Positions 57,051-64,000 of a stretch of DNA of 64,000 bases are shown in pieces (position 1 is the stretch's first letter; every line of letters begins with the position of its first letter). Below the pieces are notes generated by a model. That model was not told where the DNA came from and did not search any database. It saw only the letters and a program-made list of their open reading frames with translations. Location of the stretch: the NCBI GenBank assembly GCA_027488845.1, contig JAIYBC010000055.1, forward strand, positions 77,301 through 141,300, written 5' to 3'. Both the position numbers and the translations under genes were made by a program. This stretch comes from Verrucomicrobiales bacterium. Lineage in GTDB: Bacteria; Verrucomicrobiota; Verrucomicrobiia; Limisphaerales; UBA9464.

Positions 57051-60000
57051 CTACTCCACCACCTCGCGGAGGCGGAAGAAGCGGGTCCCAGAGCCGTCGA
57101 TGGAACCGGCGTCCAGTTCCACGGAAAGTCCGGTCATGCGCACCGGTCCGCCGATGCCCTTCCAGTCGGGCTCGGTCAGGCTGGAGGTCTGCTCCAGCCG
57201 GACACGCCGGCCGACCGGCGCCTGGACGCGGACCTTGAGGCCCGAGTCGGTGCTCCGGATGTCGTCGATTCCGAATCGGCTGGAGGGTGACCGGGGATCC
57301 GCGCCGCTGCGGAACTCCTGCACCGCGCTCAGGCCGTCGCCGTCGAGGTCCGCGGCCGCGTCGGCCGGGTTCGTCGGGTTCAACCCGTTCTGGATCTCCC
57401 AACCGTCGGGCAACCCGTCCCGGTCGAGGTCGCTGGCCGCCTCGTCGGGGTTGCCGCCGATGTGCCAGGCCGAGCCGAGCGTCGGCGGGTTGGTCCCGCT
57501 GGCGGGCGTGAACACGAGGAATGAACCGAGGTCCAGCTGGCCGACTTCCAGCTCGGTCGGATTGTAGTCCGCCACGACCGCCTCGAAGCGTGCGGGCTGG
57601 TCTTCGGTCGCCTGGGTCCAGAGCTCCAGACGGATCCCGGCGAGCGCCCGGGCTTCAACCCCGCCGTTCCTCACGGTGCGGCCGCCCACGAAGATGATCC
57701 CCGCGTCGGTGAGCCGGCTGCCCACGTTGGCGGCCACGTAGAGGCTGTCGTTCACGATCCGGACACGGTCGAGCGTCCGGATGCGGGTCGGATCCGGGTT
57801 GATCCGGTCCACCACGCGCAGCTGGTACTGGACGCAGCCGCCTCCCTGGCAGACACGGAACCAGTCGCGGGGCAGTCCCGGGCAGTCCCGAAGCTGTGTG
57901 CAGGAGGCGAGACTCCCGATGTTGCCGGCCGGACAGGTGTCCTCCGCGTCGGGAATGCCGTCGTTGTCGTCGTCGAGGTCCTCGCAGTTCCGCCGTCCGT
58001 CGCCGTCCGTGTCGTCACCCTCGAAGCCCGTGATGTCCCCGCCGCCGCTCTGGCACACCGGACCGACGTAGCGTCCGATGACCGTCTGGGACGAGAACTC
58101 GTGCTGGTCGACGTGGTTGAGGCAGCCGTCGCCGTCGAGGTCGGCGTCGCAGACGTCGCCGATGCCGTCGAGGTCCATGTCCTCCTGGCGGCCGTTGGCC
58201 GTGGTACGGCAGTTGTCACAGGTGTCGCCGACGCCGTCGCGGTCGGCGTCCTCCTGCTTCGGGTTCGCCCGGAAGCGGCAGTTGTCGTAGCGGTCGGGGA
58301 CGCCGTCACGGTCCACGTCGGCCGGTGAGCCGACGCCGACGTCGTTCCAGGAGCTTTCCACGAGCACGGCGTCCCAGTTCTGGAAGCCATGGGTCCCGCG
58401 CTGCGCCCATTCACGGGCGAGGGAGGCCTCACGGGTGCGGGCGTCCAGGAAGCCCGAGCTGGAGGTCAGCGTGCGCATGGCGTCGAACTTCAGGCGCAGG
58501 ATCTTCTGCACCGACATCGGCTGGACGGTCGCGCCGGAGACGATCCGCGAGGTCCGGGCGAGGATGTAGGCCGCGAAGTTCGGGATGCCGGAGTTCGCAT
58601 GCACGTTGCCGTAGTCGTTGGCCATGGTGTCCGAGCCGTCGCCGGGATCGAACTGGCCGAGAAACCGGATGGCTTCGTTGGGGATGTCACGCACGGCGCC
58701 GACGGTTCCGACCCGGTTCTCGCCCAGGGTCCAGTTGACGTCCCCGGCCTGGTGGTCGGCGAACAGGGCCATGACGTCGGCGTAGCTCTCGTTGAGCGCG
58801 CCGGACTGCATGAAGTAGCGCAGCCTGCTGCTCGAGCCGATCACGCCGTGGGCCAGCTCGTGGACCATGACCTCGTAGTCGACCCATCCGTCGCGGAAGG
58901 AGATCGTCCGGCAGGCGCCGCTCCACTGGGCGTTGTCCACCGCGCTGTGGGCGTAGACCTTCATCTCGGAAGGCCCGTTGTCGTAGGAGCGCCAGCCGAA
59001 GTTCCGGTTGAAGAAGGCGTACGCCTGCCGCGCCACGTTCCAGGTCGCGACCATGTTGACGTCGCCCTGGTAGGCCTGGACCAGGCCGTCCTGCGTGCCG
59101 GCGAGGAGCACGTTCGTCGAGCCGTAGCACACGGGCTGGTTGGTCGGCGTGCTGGGTGTGAAGAGGTTCCGTGCGTCGCGGAGCCTCATGTTCATCCCGT
59201 CGAGCGGGTTGTTGACCGAATGCTCCAGGGCGTTGCGGAACACCACCGCGCCGGTGCGGGCGTCGAGCAGCAGCTCCTCCGGGGCGCCGTCGAGTCGGAC
59301 CCGCCAGACCAGTCGGGGATCCGGAGCGGCTTCCACCAGCAGGCTGCGGTCGAAGATCGCCAGCTCGATCTCGCCGTCCTCGAGCGTCGCGCCGTTCGTC
59401 ACCGAGGCCCGGGCGAGGTCGACCGCCGCCTCGGAGGTGAGGACGGGGTCGATGTCGAATCCGGCGGCGGCGAGATCCTCGGTCGGGAGCAGTCCGCCGA
59501 CGGCGTCGACGACGTCCTCACCGGAGACGAGCACCGAGAGCGAGGAATCGAGGACGCGCAATCCGCGGTACACGTGCTCGAAGCGGACGGCCCGGAGGGT
59601 CGGATCGGCGTCGGGCTCGGGGGCTTCCGCGACCAGTTCGGTCTCGGGCGACTGGATCCGGAACGCGGCCCGGTGGCGGCGCACGAGGTTTGCAGCCCGT
59701 TCCTCGGCGCTGGCGCCCGGCAGGCGGAAGCGTCCGCTCAGGACGTTGGGATGTCCGCTTCGCAGGACCAGTTCAGCCGGGGTGGTCGAGGCACTCCGCA
59801 GTTCCTCGAGCGCCGTCATCAGGGGATCGGTGTCCGGGGAGTTGGGCACGTAGCAGACCCCGGCCGGGAGGACGTCGCGGCCGTTCGGCGAATCGGCGAC
59901 GACGTCGTAGGGGCCGAGCGGGTCGGCGGCCGGCAGCGGCGGGATTTCGCCGACGATCTCGGTTCCCGCCTCGTTGACCACGGGATTGAGGAGTTCGGAC

Positions 60001-63000
60001 GAGGCCGCATCGCCGGAGGGGAATGCGATCCGTATGCGGGTGTCGGCGGTCAGGTTGGTGCCGACCACGGACACCCGGATGCCGCCCACGGCGAACACGG
60101 CCCGCGGGGTGACGAAGTAGAGGCGGGGCAGGGCGCCTCCGGTGCATGCGGCGGCGCGTTCCGCGACGACGACACCGCAGCGGCGGACCTGGAGCGTGTG
60201 CGATCCGGCGGGGAGCGCCGGCGCCGTCCCGCGGAGCTCGCCGGGACCGACCAGGACGAGGTCGTCCACCGGGACGCCATCCAGGAGGACCTCGTCGGAG
60301 CCTGTGAAGCCGCTGCCGAGGACGGTGAGCGGTGTTCCGCCGGCGACCGCGATGGCGGACGGATTCACGGCGGCGATTTCCGGTGCGGGGAAGCGGAGGC
60401 GCATCGGGACCACCTGCTCGAAGGTGCGCCCGATGCGGAGCCCATCGGCGATGAAGGCACCGGTCGCGTACAGGCCGACCTGCTGGACCGATCCGAGGTC
60501 GAAACCGGAAAGCTCGATGCCATCCGCCGGCTCGGGTGCCCCGGGGGCGGGATTCACGTGGAGCACGAAGCGGTCGGCGCCGGCGCGGAACTCGCACCGC
60601 ACCACGAGCAGCGTGGGGCTGCCGGATTCGGGGCCGGGGGCCGCGGAGGCGGTTTGGTCGGCACCGCCACGCCGTTCCAGCACCCAACGCCCAAGGGCGC
60701 CGTCACCGGGCTTGCCCACGAACAGGTCGTCGCCGTTGGAACCGTTCAGCGTGAGGCCGAAGAAGCCGTTGAAGACACCCTGTCCCAGGACACCGTCGGG
60801 CTGCAGGACCAGTGAGACGTACGCCGTGGTGCCATCGGAGCCGAGCGGTGCGGCCAAGGTCCGGACCCGTCCACCCAGCTCCTGCCTCGCCGAGGCCCGC
60901 AACGCCCCGCCGGAGCGGGCGAGCGTCTCGGGTGCGACGGAGTTCGTCTGGTGGCTGAAGTCGACGCCCCCTTCGGCTCCGACGTTGAATCCGCCGGTGG
61001 TCCAGGAGCCGTTGAAACCGATGCCACCGCCGTCCTGTTCCGCGAAGGGCTCGTCGGCCAGCAGGTCCGCGGGGTCGGTGGCCTGGTCGCGCACCGTCAC
61101 CTGGAACGTGGCGACGCTCCGGTTCCCTGCGGCGTCCTCGGCCGTGGCGGTCACCTGGGTCGTTCCGAAGGGGAAGAGGCCCCCGGACGCCGGTTCGAAG
61201 CGGACGACGGCGGGGCCGCTGCAGCGGTCCTCCGCGGAGCCCGCGAAGTTCACGAACGCGCCGCAGGGCTGGTCGGCGACGACCGAGAGGTTGGGCAGCG
61301 GGGCGATCACGGGCGGTTCCGGATCCGCCCCGAGTTCCAGGACGGTCGAGGCGGTCGCGCCGAGTTCGTCTTCGGCCAGCACCACGAGGCTGCGAGCCCC
61401 GGCGGGAATCGCGATTTCGGCAGCCCGCTCCGTCCCAGTGCCGCAATCCGCGCAGATTTCCACAGGCGCGGCGTCGTCGATGCGGTAGCTCAGTCGGCCG
61501 ATCCGCTGGCCACAGGTCCCAAGCTTCACGCGCAGCGTCGCGGTGGTCCCGGCGGCGCAGGTGGGCAGGGTGGCCTCGAGCCGCAGGCAGGCTTCCACGC
61601 AGACGCGTTCGCGGGCTCGGACCCGGACCGGGATGGGCAGCAGCTCGGTGGAGGCGTCGGATCCGTCGGGGGCGATCGAGTTCACCGCCGGTTCCAGGAT
61701 GTAGTCGCCCTCGGGCAGGGCCATCGTCACGACGTCCTCCAGGGCCGCGTCCGCGCGGGAGATACGGGGGCCGTAGGAATCCTCCACGGTGACCCGGTAC
61801 GATCGGGTTTGCCCACCGAAGCCAGGGCCCGGAAGGGCGGTGCCGTTCCCCGTCACGCGCGCCAGGTAGAAACGGTCCGTCCGGGAGCGGAACCGCACGC
61901 ACACCTCGCCGAATCCGTACTCGACGTCACCTGCCGTCTGGGAGGCGGGTTGGACCGAGACGTCCGGGGCCTCCGGCTCCGCGATCACGATGCGTTCGGT
62001 CACCGCGGCGCGGCCGGGGCCGTCGGCGACCCGGAAGCTCAGAACCAGTTCATCGCGCTTCCAGAGTCCGCCGCTGCGCCTCAGGCCGCCCAGGGGCAGG
62101 TCATATCGTCCGACCCACGCGGACGCGGCCTCGTCGAAGGCTCCGTCGATGCCCGAGGAGACCCGGCCGCCGGCGGTCGAGTACGGGTCGCCGGGCCGGA
62201 CCCGGGGCACTCCGTGCGCCGTGAGGTAGGTGGTGTGGATGCCGTTGGCCTCGACTCCGTTCGGGATCCCCTCCGGACTGCTGCCGAACTCGCCGGCCTG
62301 GATGAGTCCCCGAAGGACCGACCGGGAATCGGGCGTCTCCACCGGACCGACCAGACGCACCGCGCCGGCGAGGTGTCCGGGATCGATCACGAAGGTGTCC
62401 CCGAGGTCCACCCGTTCACCCGGGGCCAGGGACACCCCGGGATTCCCACCCTCGCCGAGGGCGGGCGTGACCACGTGGGTGAAGTGGGCGTTGGTCCGGA
62501 TGTGGAACTCGGCCTGGATCCGCCACGGAACCGCGTCAGGCCCCATCCCTGTGGGGACGAGGCGGGCGAGATCGAAGTCGCCGCTGGCGGGAGCCAAGAG
62601 GTTGTCGCCGGCCAACAGGGCGTAACGGCGGTTCTCGGAAGGACCGGTGGCCAACACCGCGGTCCTGCCCCGCAGGGGACTGAAGCCGGTCGGTCCGGTC
62701 GACCATTCGAACTCCCCGAGGATGTCCGCGGTTCCACGGATGCTTCCCAGCTGCCCCGAGCCGGGGAGGGTCACCCTCACCTCGCCGATGCCGTCGCACG
62801 GCACGGTCGTGGTGAGCCGCACGGAGTCGGTGATCTCATCGGAGTAGACGTCGCTTCCGCGGCGGATCGAGAGGACGACCGTCGCCTCGACGCCGCCCGG
62901 CACCAGGATCCGGCGGCGGGTGCTGCCGGGAACCGTCGAATGCACGATTCCCCGCTGGCCGCTCGCGTCGAACACCCCGCCGCTCGCGTCGTCGACGGCG

Positions 63001-63482
63001 ATCGCGTTGCCGTCCGCGTCGACGAAGACGAGTTCAAGCACGCCCACGCATTCCTCGACGTCCACCACCACGGGTTCGGTGCCGCGGACCAGCGGGGGTG
63101 TGGAACCACCCGACAGGAAGTAGCCGGCCCGGTCCTGGTCGGTGTAGAGGATGAAGGAGATCCCGTACGCGATCGCGGAGGCCTCGTCGGTGCCGGCCTG
63201 TGCGAGGATCTGGTAGCGGTTCTCGAGGAGGTTCGTGGCCGGCCGGGATCCGCTGGAGCGCAGTCCGGCCCGCGGTGCCAGGCTGTCGGCGACGGCGACC
63301 ACGGAGGCCATCCCGAGGCGGCCGGGTTCGTCGAGGATGCGGAGCACCGCGGGGTCGGCGTTGCGGAAGCGGACGCGTCCCTCGATGGGGCGTGTCTGGA
63401 GATCGGCATCCGCGGCGGAAATCCGGGGAAGGAGCAGCAGGGCCAGGAGTAGGACAAACGGTTTCACGCCGCTGTTCAGCAA
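57051..63482 (-). CDS. giant secreted multidomain M4 (thermolysin-like) zinc metalloprotease with IPT/TIG, HYR and thrombospondin type-3 repeats
   Basis: Signal peptide MLNSGVKPFVLLLALLLLPRISAAD. HEXXH (MVHELAHGV) is followed by GALNESYADV and NVHANSGIPNFAAY, which is the M4 signature. TSP3 calcium-binding repeats include DRDGVPDRYDNCRFRANPKQEDADRDGVGDTCDNC. Hyalin-repeat-like and IPT-like Ig segments are present. 2143 aa. Confidence 0.8.
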   Translation of the reverse strand: MLNSGVKPFVLLLALLLLPRISAADADLQTRPIEGRVRFRNADPAVLRILDEPGRLGMASVVAVADSLAPRAGLRSSGSRPATNLLENRYQILAQAGTDEASAIAYGISFILYTDQDRAGYFLSGGSTPPLVRGTEPVVVDVEECVGVLELVFVDADGNAIAVDDASGGVFDASGQRGIVHSTVPGSTRRRILVPGGVEATVVLSIRRGSDVYSDEITDSVRLTTTVPCDGIGEVRVTLPGSGQLGSIRGTADILGEFEWSTGPTGFSPLRGRTAVLATGPSENRRYALLAGDNLLAPASGDFDLARLVPTGMGPDAVPWRIQAEFHIRTNAHFTHVVTPALGEGGNPGVSLAPGERVDLGDTFVIDPGHLAGAVRLVGPVETPDSRSVLRGLIQAGEFGSSPEGIPNGVEANGIHTTYLTAHGVPRVRPGDPYSTAGGRVSSGIDGAFDEAASAWVGRYDLPLGGLRRSGGLWKRDELVLSFRVADGPGRAAVTERIVIAEPEAPDVSVQPASQTAGDVEYGFGEVCVRFRSRTDRFYLARVTGNGTALPGPGFGGQTRSYRVTVEDSYGPRISRADAALEDVVTMALPEGDYILEPAVNSIAPDGSDASTELLPIPVRVRARERVCVEACLRLEATLPTCAAGTTATLRVKLGTCGQRIGRLSYRIDDAAPVEICADCGTGTERAAEIAIPAGARSLVVLAEDELGATASTVLELGADPEPPVIAPLPNLSVVADQPCGAFVNFAGSAEDRCSGPAVVRFEPASGGLFPFGTTQVTATAEDAAGNRSVATFQVTVRDQATDPADLLADEPFAEQDGGGIGFNGSWTTGGFNVGAEGGVDFSHQTNSVAPETLARSGGALRASARQELGGRVRTLAAPLGSDGTTAYVSLVLQPDGVLGQGVFNGFFGLTLNGSNGDDLFVGKPGDGALGRWVLERRGGADQTASAAPGPESGSPTLLVVRCEFRAGADRFVLHVNPAPGAPEPADGIELSGFDLGSVQQVGLYATGAFIADGLRIGRTFEQVVPMRLRFPAPEIAAVNPSAIAVAGGTPLTVLGSGFTGSDEVLLDGVPVDDLVLVGPGELRGTAPALPAGSHTLQVRRCGVVVAERAAACTGGALPRLYFVTPRAVFAVGGIRVSVVGTNLTADTRIRIAFPSGDAASSELLNPVVNEAGTEIVGEIPPLPAADPLGPYDVVADSPNGRDVLPAGVCYVPNSPDTDPLMTALEELRSASTTPAELVLRSGHPNVLSGRFRLPGASAEERAANLVRRHRAAFRIQSPETELVAEAPEPDADPTLRAVRFEHVYRGLRVLDSSLSVLVSGEDVVDAVGGLLPTEDLAAAGFDIDPVLTSEAAVDLARASVTNGATLEDGEIELAIFDRSLLVEAAPDPRLVWRVRLDGAPEELLLDARTGAVVFRNALEHSVNNPLDGMNMRLRDARNLFTPSTPTNQPVCYGSTNVLLAGTQDGLVQAYQGDVNMVATWNVARQAYAFFNRNFGWRSYDNGPSEMKVYAHSAVDNAQWSGACRTISFRDGWVDYEVMVHELAHGVIGSSSRLRYFMQSGALNESYADVMALFADHQAGDVNWTLGENRVGTVGAVRDIPNEAIRFLGQFDPGDGSDTMANDYGNVHANSGIPNFAAYILARTSRIVSGATVQPMSVQKILRLKFDAMRTLTSSSGFLDARTREASLAREWAQRGTHGFQNWDAVLVESSWNDVGVGSPADVDRDGVPDRYDNCRFRANPKQEDADRDGVGDTCDNCRTTANGRQEDMDLDGIGDVCDADLDGDGCLNHVDQHEFSSQTVIGRYVGPVCQSGGGDITGFEGDDTDGDGRRNCEDLDDDNDGIPDAEDTCPAGNIGSLASCTQLRDCPGLPRDWFRVCQGGGCVQYQLRVVDRINPDPTRIRTLDRVRIVNDSLYVAANVGSRLTDAGIIFVGGRTVRNGGVEARALAGIRLELWTQATEDQPARFEAVVADYNPTELEVGQLDLGSFLVFTPASGTNPPTLGSAWHIGGNPDEAASDLDRDGLPDGWEIQNGLNPTNPADAAADLDGDGLSAVQEFRSGADPRSPSSRFGIDDIRSTDSGLKVRVQAPVGRRVRLEQTSSLTEPDWKGIGGPVRMTGLSVELDAGSIDGSGTRFFRLREVVE

Positions 63483-63730
63483 CGTCCGTCCGCCTGGGTT
63501 ACAGGGAATCCGAACGGAATCTGAGACGGAGAACTTCCATGGGCGCGAAGTGGCATCTCATCCGAGGAACCGGCTCCGACCTTTCGGTGTGTTCCCGTGC
63601 CCTCAACCGTCCTGAGTTGCGTCGTCCTTCCGCCGTCCGGGAGAAGGGATACGCGGAGGTACGGAGGCCGCGTGGAGTGGGCCGACGGTCTCTTCAACCT
63701 CCCACGGATCGGGCGCCGCATTCCTGCGGC

Positions 63731-64000
63731 TCAGGGCGCCGAAAGAAGACGCACGCCGGACGCGGTCTGCACCGCCAGATGTCGTCCGTCCGGGGAGAAG
63801 CGCAGCCAGTGCTCGGCATCCGGCATGGGCAGCGTGGCCACCTCGCGGAACGTCGACATGTCCCAGAGCCGGACTCCGGTGCCGGTCTCGAGGGAGGCGA
63901 GGATGCGTCCGTCCGGCGAATAGGCGACCGCATCCACGGAGGTCCGGTGCCCCTTCAACAGCGCCACCGGTTCCAATCCGGGTACCCGCCAAAGCCCGAT
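63731..64000 (-). CDS. WD40-repeat protein, C-terminal part (gene continues beyond window end)
   Basis: GHRTSVDAVAYSPDGRILAS...VRLWD...FSPDGRHLA are WD40 blades. The ORF is open to the window edge. Confidence 0.6.
   Translation of the reverse strand: MGLWRVPGLEPVALLKGHRTSVDAVAYSPDGRILASLETGTGVRLWDMSTFREVATLPMPDAEHWLRFSPDGRHLAVQTASGVRLLSAP

Noticed and set aside
58389-63452. 808-aa and 833-aa plus-strand ORFs inside the M4 protease gene
   Set aside because: They are antisense to a coding frame with clear HEXXH/TSP3/HYR domains. They are Gly/Arg/Asp-rich with no motifs.

Overview
This is a 64 kb chromosomal segment at roughly 70% GC, so stops are rare and long antisense ORFs litter the six-frame track; most are spurious. 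I could support about 45 genes. The PEP-CTERM sorting signal, a 'tail-fiber domain' protein with an S74 chaperone domain, prenyltransferase-repeat, DUF1080 and HEAT/PDZ secreted proteins suggest a Verrucomicrobiota/PVC-type bacterium, but that is an impression, not a result. Gene content, in order: a heavy-metal RND efflux operon (outer membrane factor, adaptor, pump); a three-gene operon of secreted proteins ending next to tRNA-Ser(GGA); proC; an AI-2E transporter; a tail-specific protease; a truncated prfC; MscS; a TetR-regulated multidrug RND operon in which the pump and outer membrane factor are one continuous ORF; a GDSL/DUF1080 hydrolase; a zinc-ribbon/flotillin/small-membrane trio; a secreted-protein/amidohydrolase pair; a tail-fiber-like protein operon; eno, rdgB, rpmE and prfA; a HAD hydrolase; a SatD/SatE pair behind an AT-rich divergent promoter; an FAD oxidoreductase; sulfite dehydrogenase SorAB-like genes; a BatA-like VWA protein; a minimal Ser/Thr kinase; a GlcD-like oxidase; and a 2143-aa secreted M4 metalloprotease. 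The observation I rate highest is a roughly 60-nt repeated element built from ACGTG cores at exactly 20-nt spacing, present in three intergenic sites that bracket two secreted-protein cassettes. One of those cassettes is the tail-fiber-like operon, which also carries a roughly 850-bp stretch of about 45% GC exactly covering its RCC1/beta-propeller module. No CRISPR array, integrase, transposase or rRNA was seen.
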